A DNA stretch of 64,000 bases from Octopus vulgaris (Eukaryota). The notes under the pieces are model-generated. The model was not told the DNA's origin. It ran no database searches and saw only the letters and a program-made list of their open reading frames with translations. The DNA lies in assembly GCA_951406725.2 (NCBI GenBank), contig OX597833.1, positions 1,488,001 through 1,552,000 on the forward strand, written 5' to 3'. The position numbers were made by a program, and so were the translations under genes. Below, one piece after another: positions 15,532 through 30,058 of the stretch. Numbering within the stretch: position 1 is the stretch's first letter; each line of letters opens with the position of its first letter.

Positions 15532-15597
<66 letters not shown>

Positions 15598-16072
15598 ACA
15601 CATATGTAAATGCATGTATGTATTTATATGTACTTATATCTGGCCTAATGCGTTCGGTTCATGATGGTCGGAAAATATTCTTGCGGCATGTTCTCCAACA
15701 GGTCATTTTTTTTTACCTTTTATGTTGTTGAGGTGAATGAAATTAAAGACGATTGAAATACTGGAGTCGATAAATCGATTATCGATATTCACTCAAAAAT
15801 AGCTGGTTTGTGTTTACATCAGAAATATTTGTTAGACAATGATGACTTTGCAGAACCGTAAAGCGCCCCTGTACAAATACTTTGTCACGTTCGTTCTGAG
15901 ATCGAATCTCGCTATGGTCAACATGGATTTCATTACTTTTATAGCCAGTAAATTATAGCAATAATTTAGTATTGGGGTCAACGTAACAGACACGCTTAAT
16001 TCTCTTAAAATATCTAAACTTGTACCTCAAATCAGAGAACATTATTTTATATTATTTCAGCTTCAGTTTTTC

Positions 16073-16395
16073 AAGTTTCACTTGAAAAAGAAAGTGAGGG
16101 TAGAGATGGAAGTGTTGTCTTCTAGGAAATATGTTGAAAAGTTGGTGGATGTTGGAAAAATTACCAATGTGAATGTCCCAATTGTGAGAATACACCTATA
16201 AAAAGAATAAAAGGAGAATGGCTCTTGCCTGTTGATCTGGCACCCGTAGTTTTTGTGTTTTTTCCACAGGTAACATTTAAAGCGCCCATCCACCTGTTGG
16301 GAGTTTTACTTGTTAATTTATTTTGTTATTTCATGTTTATGCGAAGGTTATGTAGATAGGAATATAGGCAGGAAGGTGAACACAAACGTATTTAA
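16073..16395 (+). mobile_element. Tx1/L1-group LINE 3' end
   Basis: KFHLKKKVRVEMEVLSSRKYVEKLVDVGKI, homologous to FHFKRKLSVEREVLHSNEFIRK in 61725-62390. Confidence 0.55.
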
Positions 16396-16535
16396 TTGCA
16401 GTACAAAATACAGATTAAACAACAAAGGAAATAGTTGAAGTTATGTATAATTTTATCTCGACAGCTGTTTCTAGAACACGATGGACATATATATATACAC
16501 ACACACATATATATATATATATATACATTCATACT

Positions 16536-16576
<41 letters not shown>

Positions 16577-17251
16577 ATATATATATACACATATATAAAC
16601 ATATATATTCATATATTTATATGCATATGTGTGGGTATGTTTGTGCCTATGTTTCATCCTCCCACGACAAAGCTTGTCACCTTGTGTTTCTTTGTTTATG
16701 TCCCTGGAACCCAGCGGTACGTTAAACAACATCGATGGAATAAGTACTTCACATAAAACCGAAGAAAAAGAATCAGAAATACTAGTGTCAGTTTATTCGG
16801 CAAAAAAAACTTTCAAGGCATTGCTCCAGCTTAGCCGTAGTTCAATAATCGAAACAAGTAAGACAAAAATATTTAAAGAACTCATTGAAGCTTCCGTCAA
16901 TTTTCACTTTGTTTACGATATCTGGCGCTGGTTTTCACCCGTTAGCTACAAATACGAACAAACAAGTCTATTTCAGATACAAATTTCGCTTTTTCCGGGA
17001 ACGTTGATAATTTGAATACATGTTTATGTAATTTTCCAAGTGTTTATCATTCGGAAATATAATTCCGTTGTGTCCATAACCCACCAACCCCGAAAAAAAA
17101 ACGCCATGTTGTGTTTCTGTTATATTATGATATCTATTCAATAATTGGGTTTTCATTTCAGATTGTTTACGTTGTATTATAATATTACATGTTATATACT
17201 TATTATATTTTACGAAATATTTAGATTTCCGTGTGTCAATGTGTCTGTTGC

Positions 17252-17254
<3 letters not shown>

Positions 17255-17314
<60 letters not shown>

Positions 17315-17606
17315 AAGAGAGTGACAGACAGAAAGAGAGAGGGTGATAGAGCTGGTGAGTGAGAGAGTGTATGTGTGCAAGAGATAAATAGATATACATA
17401 CATATGTATATGTATGTATATATATATATATATATATGCATACATATAATATATATGTTTATATACATATGAATATATAAATATATATATGTATATATAT
17501 ATATGTATATATATATATGTATATATATATGTATATATATATATGTATATATATATGTATATATATGTATATATATATGTATATATATATACATATATAT
17601 ATATAC

Positions 17607-17639
<33 letters not shown>

Positions 17640-17710
17640 CATATATATATACATATATATATATACATATATTACATACATATGCATATATAGATATAAC
17701 ATATATGTAT
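17255..17710. repeat. (TA)n-rich microsatellite
   Basis: Direct inspection. Confidence 0.9.
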
Positions 17711-18416
17711 GTTATACACATTTTCGCATGTGTATAAATGTATAAATGAAGAGACTGTCTGTCTAAAAGAGGAAAATATTCATATGGAAAAAGAGAGACA
17801 GAGTTGGTGGGAGCGACAGAAATATAAGCTACATAGACCAATAGATTAGTACATACATAAAATTATATTCCTTCATAAATACTTGTACACATATATAGAA
17901 GCATGCGGCCGTCACATTGTGTCTACGATTTACCATTATGCTGTCAAAAGCTGCCGCTTTTGACGCTTGGTACCCAATCCTACCATTAGCACTGTCATGA
18001 CATCAAATCAACTGTCTGAGAATTCTTTCGAGATATAAACGGTAAGTTCCGTTTAGTTAACTGAACGATGAGTATTTGATTGATGACTAATATTGTTAAA
18101 TAGACCAACATTATTGAACTTCTGTTCGAAACAAACTGATAAACAGTGATTTCGAATATATAACATTTTGCAACATCAAACATAGTGTTGTGTTCAATAC
18201 CGGAAAATTTGCACACGCAAATGCTTAGCAGTAACTCACTGTCGCTACGTTCGGAGCTGAAATTCCGACAAGGTCCTCTTTGCTTTTTATGCTTTCTCGG
18301 TTGATGAATTAAGCACCAGTGAGACAAGTCCTCGACCCCAAAATTTCAGCCCTTGTGACTTTAGCAGGAAGGATTATTATTATTGTTGTTATTGTTGTTG
18401 CTATTATTATTATAAT

Positions 18417-19215
18417 TCAGTAGTTTTATTTTTATAGCGTGCTTTCACTTCACTACCGAGCGCAGCTCTGTGTGCCTTGGGTATGTGCTGTGATTTGTTG
18501 TGATGCTCTGATGGTTATTGTATGGAAAGTGTTCTGCGTAGGATGTGTGCAGTGCCTAGTAGTGCAATTTTCTGTATGTTATATGTGTTTGTAAGTCCTG
18601 GGGTTTTTGTTATGTATTTGTCTGAATATTTTTTTATCATGCCTAATGCACCTACTATGATAGGAATTGTTTCTGTTTTCAGGTTCCACATTCTAGTTAC
18701 CTCTATTTCCAGGTCTTTGTATTTTGAAAGTTTCTCCATTTCTTTTAGACACACGTTGTCATCAGCCGGTATTGATACATCAATTAGAAAGCAATTTTTT
18801 TCTTCATAATCTCTGACAACTATATCTGGTCTGTTGGCCTTAATTTCTCTATCTGTGTGTATCGGCATATCCCAGAGTATGGTTGCTTTCTCGTTTTCTG
18901 TGACCTTTTCTTGTGTGTGCCTATACCATCTTTTTTCTGTTGTTATTCCATAATGTTGGGATAGCTTCCAGTGTATGTAGGTTCCAACTTTGTCATGTCC
19001 GTGAATATATTCCTTCTTAGCCAGGACTGGGCAGCCAGAGATAATATGATTTATTGTTTCTTGTCCATCTCCACATATTCTGCAGTTACTTGTTATATTT
19101 CTTTTGATTACATGTTTTTGTTATATTTCTTTTCATTACATGTTTTTGGTAATTTCTGGTGGGGAGGCTTTGGTCTTGTGCTGCAATTAAAAATCCCTCT
19201 GTCTCTGCTTTGAGT
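18417..19215 (-). mobile_element. R4/Dong-clade non-LTR retrotransposon 3' fragment (CCHC finger, restriction-like endonuclease, 3' UTR)
   Basis: CRICGDGQETINHIISGC..HDKVG..WD..NRPDIVV..LIDVSIP..EKLSKYKDL..PIIVGALG..LLGTAHILR; flanked by (TTA)n. Confidence 0.9.
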
Positions 19216-19217
19216 CC

Positions 19218-19276
<59 letters not shown>

Positions 19277-19282
19277 TAATAA

Positions 19283-19410
19283 TCTTATTTTTATCACGTG
19301 CTTTCACTGCACTAATGAGCGCAGCTCTGTGAGCCTTGGCTACTTGCAGTGGTTTGTTGTGATGCTCTTATTTTTACTGTATTGAAATGTTTTACGTAGG
19401 ATGTATTCTA
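19283..19410 (-). mobile_element. Degenerate R4/Dong 3' UTR copy
   Basis: Matches 18425-18545 (gcgcagctctgtg..ttgttgtgatgctct). Confidence 0.75.
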
Positions 19411-19899
19411 TGCACACAATTACGAGGTACTGGTTTCAATTCCTAGATCGTGTGATTTCCTGTGTCCTTGAGCAAAGTACTTCTTCTCACGTTGATCTGC
19501 GGTCATATCGACACATGGCGTATGGTACACGTTGTACCTTTTGAAGCAACGTCGATTTGATGAAGAGAGTGAGCTTAAAAGTATCACAGAAATTTGATCA
19601 ATATAAGTAGACCATTTGTGCTCGTTGTTGAGCAGGATGTTGCAGAGCTGTCTCCCAGTGAATTCGAGAGCCTAGCATCAATAGAATATGAGTTACTTGA
19701 GGTAGGTTTCGCACATTTTCAAATATGAAAGTGTACAATGAAAACGAGAAATATGATAAAGGAATATGTGAGGATTTATTTTATGAGAAACAGATAGAAT
19801 CTTCAACTGAGGATAAAGAATATCATATCACGAAATTCAATGGTTGGAGAACAATATAGATGTATTAGAAAGAAACACTTGTTAAACAATAAAAAGTAA

Positions 19900-20203
19900 A
19901 GATTCCGTACAGTCACGACTGACCATGGGATTGTACAAGCAAGGTTGTTTATGGAAGACCATCAGTCGACCATGTATACCACCTTTCCCTCTTTCCACCA
20001 CCGATGTTGTCCAAGGGATAGGCAAAGGGGCTGATACAGCTTGGCACCAGTGGTGTCGCAACTCATTTTTACGACTGAGTGAACTGGAGCAACGTGAAAT
20101 AAAGTGTCTTGCTCAAAGACACAACACAGAGCCCAGACCGGTAGTCGAACTCATAACCTCATGATTGTGAGCGCGACTCTCTGATCACTAAGCCATGCGC
20201 CTT
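19900..20203 (-). mobile_element. SINE family B
   Basis: Homologous to 3875-4210. Confidence 0.88.
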
Positions 20204-20399
20204 TACCAATTTAAGTTTTAGAGAAGGTGCGAAATCTAGTGGTCAGACAGCTAGGATGCCGATCATAAATTCGTGGGTGCTATTACAGGTCTGTCAGAAG
20301 TGTATTGTGGACTTGAGCAAGAAACTGTATTCTGCATTGCTCTGCTTATATTTATTCAGCAGGCGAGAATGCGAGAATACTATATTTTTTTACACTATT

Positions 20400-20562
20400 A
20401 GGCGCAGGAGTGGCTGTGTGGTAAGTAGCTTGCTAACCAGCCACATGGATCCGGGTTCAGTCCACTGCGTGGCATCTTGGGCAAGTGTCTTCTGCTATAG
20501 CCCCGGGCCGACCAAAGCCTTGTGAGTGGATTTGGTAGACGGAAACTGAAAAGAAGCCCGTC

Positions 20563-20610
<48 letters not shown>

Positions 20611-20832
20611 GTGTGTGTTTGTGTGCCTGTGTTTGTCCCCCTAACATCGCTTGACAACCGATGCTGGTGTGTTTATGTCGCCGTTATTTAGCGGTTCGGC
20701 AAAAGAGACCGATAGAATAAGTACTGGGCTTACAAAAAGAATAAGTCCCGGGGTCGAGTTGCTCGATTAAAGCGGTGCTCCAGCATGGCCGCAGTCAAAT
20801 GACTGAAACAAGTAAAAGAGTAAAGAGTAAAA
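20400..20832 (+). mobile_element. tRNA-derived SINE family A with internal (TA)n/(TG)n and (GTAAAAGA)n tail
   Basis: Head GGCGCAGGAGTGGCTGTGTGGTAAG, B box GGTTCAGTCC; six near-full copies in the window. Confidence 0.93.
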
Positions 20833-20877
20833 AGTATTTACATTTGACGGATATTTGACCTCATCTTGTTTGTTGTT

Positions 20878-20923
20878 AACACAACGTTTCGGCTGATAAA
20901 CCCTCCAGCCTTCATCAGGTGTC
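20878..20923 (-). ncRNA. Minimal type I hammerhead ribozyme with intact core
   Basis: GACAC-CUGAUGA-A-GGCUG gaggguuuau CAGCC-GAAAC-GUU|GUGUU; 5-bp stems I and II, palindromic AACGUU stem III. Confidence 0.75.
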
Positions 20924-20970
20924 TTAGAGGAAATTTCGAACTTGTGTTCTCATTCCTAAGGTATTTTCGA

Positions 20971-21039
<69 letters not shown>

Positions 21040-21320
21040 TGGTACAGCTTGGAATCGAACTCGGAATCTTGGGGTTATTAGACCGCGCTCTTAACCACTA
21101 CGTCGTGAGGTAGTGAGTTGGACTACCGGACTGGGCTGTGTGTTGTGATCTTGAGCAAGACACTTTATTTCACGTTACTCTAGTTCACTCAGCCGTAAAA
21201 ATGAGTTGCGACGTCACTGGTGCCAAGCTGTATCGGCCCCTTTGCCTTTCCTTTGGACAACATCGGTGGTGTAAAGAGGGGAAGCTGGGTTATGCTTGGT
21301 TGATTCATGATCTTCCATAG
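21040..21320. mobile_element. Two SINE pieces fused head-to-head (minus-strand head 21040-21102, plus-strand family B body after)
   Basis: ttaaccacta and gaatcgaactc box motifs on minus strand; cttgagcaagacactttatttcacgtt on plus strand. Confidence 0.7.
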
Positions 21321-21559
21321 TAGTTGATCTGTTTTAGTTTAGGATAACTGACGAATCATTTGTATATCCGACAAACATACGGAATAATAATAATTATTAT
21401 CATATTAGTAACATTAACAAGACTGACTATTATCCACAATGTTTCCTAACCATGCTGAAGTAATTATTTGTGCACTGCGCAAGAGTATCGCTTTTTTTCT
21501 CTTTGTCCACCACTCGTAAATTTTTTAAGATGGAGCAACAATAACGTCTGTCTTTGAAC

Positions 21560-21930
21560 CCGTATTCAAGGAGGCAATAAGAAATATAGTTATATTAAGA
21601 AATAGACTCATGAAGCAAGCCAAATATGAGGATGATATACTCGTAACAATACAGAGATCAGAATGCTGAGAAATTAACGCAGACACTACTTATATTCAAT
21701 AAAAAAGACACTTACAAAATATTCGATAATCACAATTATACAAATGAAATTTCTTCCTTATTCAGCGACTCCATTTCTAGACACAAACATCGAACTCAGA
21801 CACATCGGATGGAACATATTCATTTGCATCAAAGACGTAAACATGTTTATGTTGAGAGGCAGTGAGTTTCTAAGTATTATAGAAAAGGGTCTCTGGTAAA
21901 ATACTACTTAGAAGACTATCTAGATTATTC
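21560..21930 (+). pseudogene. Highly decayed reverse transcriptase, Penelope-like
   Basis: AKYEDDILVT (YxDD) followed by TPFLDTNI (LPFLD-like); many stops. Confidence 0.4.
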
Positions 21931-22691
21931 TTATGAAAAGTAATCATTAGATAAAGAAATCTTTCCCATTCTAATGCCATTAAGACGTTAATACGACCAG
22001 ACAGAATGGCTTCGTCTTTTGAAGTTCATAAGACGTCAGGCCTAATAAAAAAAATATAGATAAAATTAAGCGCGTAATGTGTATTTTAGTAATCAAATAT
22101 AAACTAACTAATGAAAAGATGAACGCATCGTCAACAGCCTCTGAAACGAGATCATAACAGAAATTAAATTAAGTAATAAACCAACATTAATAATACATTA
22201 TAAAAAATCTAAATGAATAGTTTTCTTATTAAAAACAGAAAATTATCACTTCCAATATACGAACTATTAGACAAACTTCTACCGAATGATGCGATTTAAA
22301 ACTTTGATTGCAGAATTAAAAGTTTTATATTTCACGACTGCAACTTCTCTATCGGGCCAAAAAAGCATGAAGTTCTCCTTCTGATTTCCTATGCACTTAC
22401 TACAAGGAAGATTTAGTTCGCATTACACACAGTATTCAGTTCATCATATAAAATATTATTCAGGAACAAATTTCTAGCAAAGAAATATATCCAAGCGCTG
22501 TCTTGTAGCAATAGCCCCACCCCAAAAAACAGGTCCGATTACATATCTTATATCTAATATTTATTCTATCCGTTCTTAGGTCGAACGAATAACTTAGCAA
22601 AATAACACTGCTTGTCAAGCGATCGCAGGACAAACACAATCAAAAAGGCTCTTAAACGTACGCACGCACATGCAGAATATATATAAATACA

Positions 22692-22790
<99 letters not shown>

Positions 22791-23505
22791 ATAATAAATA
22801 CACAGGTAATTAAAGAAATAGAAATGAATATCTATATATATGTGTATGTGTATATATATGTATATGTATATGTGTATATATGTGTGTATATATGTATATA
22901 TATATATATATATGTATATGTATGTGTATGTATATATATGTATATGTATATTCTTTTTTTTTTTTTTTTTTTTTTCGATTAGATTTATTATTATTATTAC
23001 TAATATTGTTGTTATACATACATACAAGCATATGTAATGATAATAATGGGTGGATGTAAACACATGAACAAAATTAGAACAAAAGCAACAACAACAAAAA
23101 CAAAATACAAATTACAAGAATGTATATAACCAGAAGATACAAATATTACAGGCATCCCCCCCACACACACACACTAAATAAACATAGACGCACATAGAGA
23201 TATAAGCATGCGCAAATGAAGACATACAATAGAAATACAAAATGGCTGACGGTTAGTAAGGAGAGACACAAGTAAGTGAGAAGAAAACAAAGGACCACTG
23301 ATGCGGTCACAGGAGTGTGACGAAAGAACTTTGGCCGAAATAAGATTAAGATTAATGTAAAAAATAAATATCACTGAAGCAAAATAACACCAAATATATA
23401 GTGCGTGTGTTTTTATTGGCTAAACTGGCAATATGACCATTCCGAAATATAACAATATCTGTTTCAACACACGACTTCACATAAAAAATCTTGCACAACA
23501 AATAT

Positions 23506-23578
<73 letters not shown>

Positions 23579-23597
23579 CTATCTACGTATGTATGTA

Positions 23598-23656
<59 letters not shown>

Positions 23657-24206
23657 AAATAGATAGATAGACGTGTGTGTATGTGTGTTTAGAAAAGAAC
23701 AGTAAAATGTTGTCATTATAGTACTCGGAGTATCGAATGCTTGAGCGAAGAACTACGATACATTATTGTCGGGTATTAATGGTAACAGACGCTCTGAAAA
23801 ACCGTTGAATAAAAGAGAAGTTTCTCTAATAAGTAGAAGAATAAAACGAACTACTACGATGTTCTATTTACGCGTATCTAGGTCCATTTCTATGAAACAA
23901 TTGTAAAGGATTATGAAAAATGGAAACTATAATCCATTTTAAATTCCAATCAACTTCATTTCATTAATATGAATGAATTTGTTGAACTTTAATGAGTTAA
24001 GTCATATACTGGTAGAGTTAATACAAGCTTTCATACCTGTACAACTTTTTAAAAAACTTCGTCAGTAAAGTACGAAGAGCGGTGGTGCCCCAGCATGGCC
24101 GCGGCCTTCGGACTAAAACATTTTTAAGGATTTATAAAGCATTTGAAATCTAAGGAAAAAATTCCAATTAAAGGACGAACAAACATTCATCGGATATATA
24201 TATATA

Positions 24207-24242
<36 letters not shown>

Positions 24243-24463
24243 CATACATATGTAAATATATGTATGTATGTATGTATGAAGATATTATTATTATAATTAA
24301 TAATACCAACAATAATATAAGCGGGCAGCAAGCCTTATATTTAGAAAGGCAAATTCATGAATTTATAATTAATTATTAATTATAATTGATGCTCTACATT
24401 GGGGGTGTTTCTAGCAACGCTGGTACTTCGATACCCTCAATTATAATTAATAATAATAATAAT

Positions 24464-24494
<31 letters not shown>

Positions 24495-24820
24495 AGGAGC
24501 ACTCCGTCGGCTGCGACGACGAGGGTCCCAGTTGATCCGAATCAACGGAACAGTCTGCTCGTGAAATTAACGTACAGGTGGCTGAGCATTCCACAGACAC
24601 GTGTACCCTTAACGTAGTTCTCGGGGAGATTCAGTGTGACACAAAGAGGGACAAGGTTCCCCTTTGAAATACAGGTACCACTCATTTTTGCCAGCTGAGT
24701 GGACTGGAGCAACGTGAAATAAAGTGTCTTGCTCAAGGACACAACGCGCCGCCGGGAATTGAACTCACGGCCTTACGATCATGAGCCGAATGCCCCTAAC
24801 CACTAAGCCACGCGCCTTCA
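24495..24820 (-). mobile_element. SINE with family B head and core but a different tail
   Basis: GAAGGCGCGTGGCTTAGTGGTTAGG head and CTTGAGCAAGACACTTTATTTCACGTTGCTCCAG core; tail unrelated to 3875-4060. Confidence 0.88.
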
Positions 24821-24847
24821 CTATATACACACATACATATATAGATA

Positions 24848-25014
24848 TAGGAGTGGCTGTGTGGTAAGTAGCTTGTTTACCAACCACATGGTTCCGGGTT
24901 CAGTCCCACTGCGTGGCACCTTGGGCAAGTGTCTTCTACTATAGCCTCGGGCCGACCAAAGCCTTGTGAGTGGATTTGGTAGACGGAAACTGAAAGAAGC
25001 CCGTCGTATATATG

Positions 25015-25047
<33 letters not shown>

Positions 25048-25261
25048 TTGTGTGTGTGTCTGTGTTTGATCCCCTAGCATTACTTGGCAACCGATGCTGG
25101 TGTGTTTATGTCCCCGTCGCCTAGCGGTTCGGCAAAAAGAGACCGATAGAATAAGTACTGGGCTTACAAAGAATAAGTCCCGGGGTCGAGTTGCTCGATT
25201 AAAGGCGGTGCTCCAGTATGGCCGCAGTCAAATGACTGAAACAAGTAAAAGAGTAAAAGAG
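24848..25261 (+). mobile_element. SINE family A
   Basis: Homologous to 20400-20832. Confidence 0.93.
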
Positions 25262-25898
25262 TATAAGAGATATATGTGCGTATATATGTATACATATATA
25301 TATACCTACATAAATAGATACATAAATATATTCTACATGGATGTATGTGTTCGTGTAGCATGTGAGTTTTACTGAAGATGCTGCTTAATAGTACAAGGAG
25401 TGTGTAGCTTAATAACATAATCAACGCTAACAGAATTGAAAATTGGTCATCGTTCGTTCCGAACACATCTGACCATCTCTAATGCAAGTGGCCACTTAGC
25501 TTAACACTTAGCACATCATTTGCTTTTCGACATTGACAACTGAATTGGCAGGATTGTAGGAGAATCAACATCGAATCTGACAGCATAATGTAGTGTTATT
25601 TGGAGATGGAAATAAATAGAAGAAAAACAGAGTACACACTAACTACCATTCTCTAAATTGATGGATTTCATGAAATTATAAAACGTGGGAGAGATGAAAC
25701 AATATTACTATTGAGATGGGAGTTGGTATTCCTTGAATTCTGCGCCGTAATTCTACAGAGTAGGATGTTGGATGTGCCGAGTTGACAGAGCGCGGGAGAT
25801 AATAGATAGTTCTTTAATCGAAAAGCCGGATGATCGTAAGAAGGGCGTCTAGGCAACGCTGTCGACGTCAGTACTTTATTTGTATTTTATTTCATCAT

Positions 25899-26135
25899 GA
25901 AGGCGGCGAGCTGGCAGCAACGTTAGCACACCGGGCGAAATGCTTAGCGGTATTTCGTCTGCGTTACGTTGTGAGTTCAAATTCCGCCGAGGTCGACTTT
26001 GCCTTTCATCCTTTCGGGGTCGATAAATTAAGTACCAGTTACGCACTGGGGTCGATGTAATCGACTTAATACCTATGTCTGTCCTTGTTTGTCCCCTCTG
26101 TGTTTAGCCCCTTGTGGTTAATAAAGAAATAGGTA
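25899..26135 (+). mobile_element. SINE family C
   Basis: Homologous to 7573-7805. Confidence 0.92.
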
Positions 26136-26830
26136 TTTTATTTCATCGACATCGAAAGGATGATAAGCAGTCAACGTCAATCCTGACCAGACTCGATCTC
26201 GGAACGCAAAGCTTCGTAGCAGCAAAACTGAACATTTTTCTGACGCTTTAATGACTCGGCCAGCTCGCCGCTTAATGCTACATCCTGCCTTGTTACAAAC
26301 CGATGGCCATGAGAACAAAACCCACTTTGGACAACAGTGCATTTCATCCTTGCAGGGTTTAAAAGATAAAGTACCCGTGAAGTATGCGACTGAATATGAT
26401 TGACTTACGTTTTACCTTTTCATGTTTCAGTTATTAGACTGCGGCCACGCTGGGGCAGTGCCTTGAAGAATTTTTATTTGGATATACTTACATAGTACCT
26501 ACGTTTTGCAACCGCTAGGTTAACACACGTACACCAGTTGTTAAGCGGTGATAGGGAAAGAAGAAAATACAGAAATAACACATACACGTATGCACTGGCT
26601 CACACATACACACGTATATACACACATACATAAATACGTACATACATTCATACATACATACAAAAATACTGTTGTTGATGTTGAAATTCCGATGTAGGAG
26701 CCGTTTCTTTCTCTATTGGCAAGAAGTCTTGGAATAAAGCTGAATAATCACACACACGCACACGCAAACAAACATGCACACGCACATACACACATGCGTA
26801 GATACATGCATACATACATACATATATATA

Positions 26831-26864
<34 letters not shown>

Positions 26865-26892
26865 CATACATACACACATACATACATACATA

Positions 26893-27303
26893 CTCTTTTA
26901 CTCTTTTACTTGTTTCAGTCATTTGACTGCGGCCAGGCTGGAGCACCGCCTTTAGTCGAGCAAATCGACCCCGGGACTTATTCTTTGTAAGCCCAGTACT
27001 TATTCTATTTGTCTCTTTTGCCGAACCGCTAAGTGGCGGGGACGGACGTAAACAGATCAGCACCGGTTGTCAAGCAATGTTAGGGGAACAAACACAGACA
27101 CACAAACACACACATACATATATATATATACATATATACGACAGGCTTCTTTCAGTTTCCGTCTACCAGATCCACTCATAAGGCATTAGTCGGCCCGGGG
27201 CTATAGCAGAAGACACTTGCCGAAGATGCCACGCAGTGGGACTGAACCCGGAACCATGTGGTTGGTTAGCAAGCTACTTACCACACAGCCACTCCTGCGC
27301 CTA
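26893..27303 (-). mobile_element. SINE family A
   Basis: Reverse complement of the family A consensus. Confidence 0.93.
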
Positions 27304-27597
27304 TAACATGTGTATTTTGTAAAGGTAAAAACAAAACGAAACATCTGTACCGATCTGATGATGAATCTGCACCTACGATTGTTTGATCTATAGTATTTCG
27401 ATTAATATATCAGGTAATTTATGCAGTTGAATATGTTAAAGGCAGCTTCAGTGATTACTGTAGGAGTTGTGATTCGAAAAAGAGGGAAAGACATCGCTAC
27501 GCAGATAACTATATTTAGCGGGCATCAGAGGAAAATTTAAAAGAGGCTTAAACGTAAACATTTCCAGGCAAGCTAAAAAATATGAATTTATATATCG

Positions 27598-27788
27598 AAG
27601 GGAAAGGCCAAGGGGCCGATACTGCTTAGCACCTGTGACGTCACAATTCATCTCTACAGCTGCGAGAACTGAAGCAACGTGAAATATAGTGTCTTAATCA
27701 AGAACACAACTCACAACCAGATACAGGAATTGAACTCGCTTTCTCATATTTGTCAGCCCGATGCTGTAACCACTGAGCCATGCGCCTT
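27598..27788 (-). mobile_element. SINE family B, 5' half, diverged
   Basis: aaccactgagccatgcgcctt head and gcaacgtgaaata core. Confidence 0.8.
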
Positions 27789-28131
27789 TACTTTTGCATA
27801 TAAAATATATTTTTCTCATATATAATAATCTATAATTTTTATGTATTTATATGGGCGTTTAAAATGATTTCTAACAAGCAACAATGTATTATAAACTATC
27901 AAACTATGTTTAACACCAGGGCTAGAACCATGTTTTAATAATACTTATCTCAGCCTTACAGACCATATATCACGTACCAATATAGCGCAGTATGAGATCG
28001 GAATCGAAGTTCTAATTAATGGTACGTGGTACCTTTAGCCTGGGGTGACAGCATGGAGGAAGATACATGCACGTAACCCAATGATGGTGGCGGTGGTGGC
28101 AGTACTGGCGTAGTAGTAGTAGTAGTAGTAT

Positions 28132-28196
<65 letters not shown>

Positions 28197-28314
28197 AGCG
28201 TTTACTTTTGTTTTAGACAAGACGGTGACTTGCTTTCGCATATACATTTACAACACACACACATACATGCATAGATATGAATATATATATATACATATAC
28301 ACCTATAAATATAA

Positions 28315-28336
28315 AATAATATAATAATAATAATAA

Positions 28337-28367
<31 letters not shown>

Positions 28368-28378
28368 AAGAAGGAGAA

Positions 28379-28410
<32 letters not shown>

Positions 28411-28519
28411 AGAAGAAGAAAAGAAAACGAAAAAGAAGTAAAAGAAAAATAAGAAAACGAAGAAGAATAAAAAAGAAAAGGAAGAAGGAGAAGAAGAAGA
28501 AAAAGAAAACGAAATAATG

Positions 28520-28587
<68 letters not shown>

Positions 28588-28705
28588 AAGAAGAAAAGAA
28601 GAAGAAAAAGAAGAAGAAAAAGAAAAGGAAGAAGAAGAAGAAGATGGAGGAGAAGTAGTAGTAGAAGAAGAAGATGATGTTGATGATGATGACGACGACG
28701 ACGAT
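28315..28705. repeat. Compound (AAT)n/(AAG)n/(GAT)n microsatellite
   Basis: Direct inspection. Confidence 0.95.
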
Positions 28706-29399
28706 GGGAAAAAAGAAATTGGTTTTTTGTATTTGCTACTGGGGTAAAGAATTTACATATGATTACGGTTATGTGCGATATGAGCTGTTCCACAGTCATT
28801 TGCATATACCTGCGCATATCTATACATATGTAGATATATCTACACGAATACATACACACCAACACATGTGTGTATGTGCGTGGGATGAATGTGTCTGCAT
28901 CCTGCATCGTTATTAAAGTAATAATCATATCGCATATATCAGAGAAGCTACGGGCGGCAGGATTTTCATAATACGTCTCTACACCAACAAACCCATTTAT
29001 TTAGATATCCCTTTCTAATAATATGGTATGGCATTATTGTATTTAAATAAAAATACGCGATAAATTCTCACAAGAACGAAATACTATGCAACTGCTCGGC
29101 GTGTGTTCGTAAACATTGTATGTGTTTATTTTTTAAACTTTGTTTTTAATGTCAGGTTATGTATCAGAACAATTTTGCATCCAACTGAAGGATTGCACAA
29201 AACGCTTAAATGCAGTATGTGTTTATTAAGGCTTCAGAATTGCGTGGTTGGCAGTGACTTAGCACTTTCGACCAGTTAAACATTGTCACCTTATTTCACG
29301 AAACGTCAAATTTTCTTTCCTTCCAAACTTCTTGGAAATGTTTTGTAAAGATTTACATGTTTTATGCGTGTATACATCCTTACACACAAACACACACAC

Positions 29400-29445
<46 letters not shown>

Positions 29446-29608
29446 GTTTTATGCATGTATACATCCTTACATACAAACACACACATAAATATATATATAT
29501 ATATATATACATGAAAAGTATACATACATACACATGTACAAGTATAAATATATACATACATATATGTATGCATATATATACTTGTATGTATGCATCTAAT
29601 CTATCTAT

Positions 29609-29641
<33 letters not shown>

Positions 29642-29737
29642 TTAATAATATCAGGGTAATAAAGATTTTAGAAATTTTTACTACCAGTGGGTTGGCATAT
29701 AAAACGTTAGTCAAGAGACTATATAATATTCATATAA

Positions 29738-30058
29738 ATACAGTGTACATTTAAACCCATAAGAGGTATCTGTCATAGGATTCAAATTATAATGTATAAG
29801 CACGAGACACATGCTGGATTGCCTCGTACTTATATGTTTAATCTAGGCGTACAGGTTGATGAAGACTTCGCCTAGCAAATTATTTTATTTCCTAAAAAAT
29901 GTCAGAAACCATGGTCCGGGAGATAGATGGTAAATGTTTTTATTTTTCATTCCCTTCGAAGTTTTATCCCTAATAGTGGTTTGGACTTTGGCTATTCCTT
30001 CTAGCGTGCCAGAAATCCTATGACGGATACCTCTTATGTGTTTAAATGTACTCTGTAT
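29738..30058. mobile_element. Element with 45-bp inverted ends (TA|CAGTG start, Tc1-MITE-like) enclosing a hammerhead-like motif
   Basis: 29738-29782 versus 30014-30058 with 3 mismatches; internal UUGAUGA-A-GAC...GUC-A-GAAAC-CAUG-GUC at 29856-29916. Confidence 0.7.
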
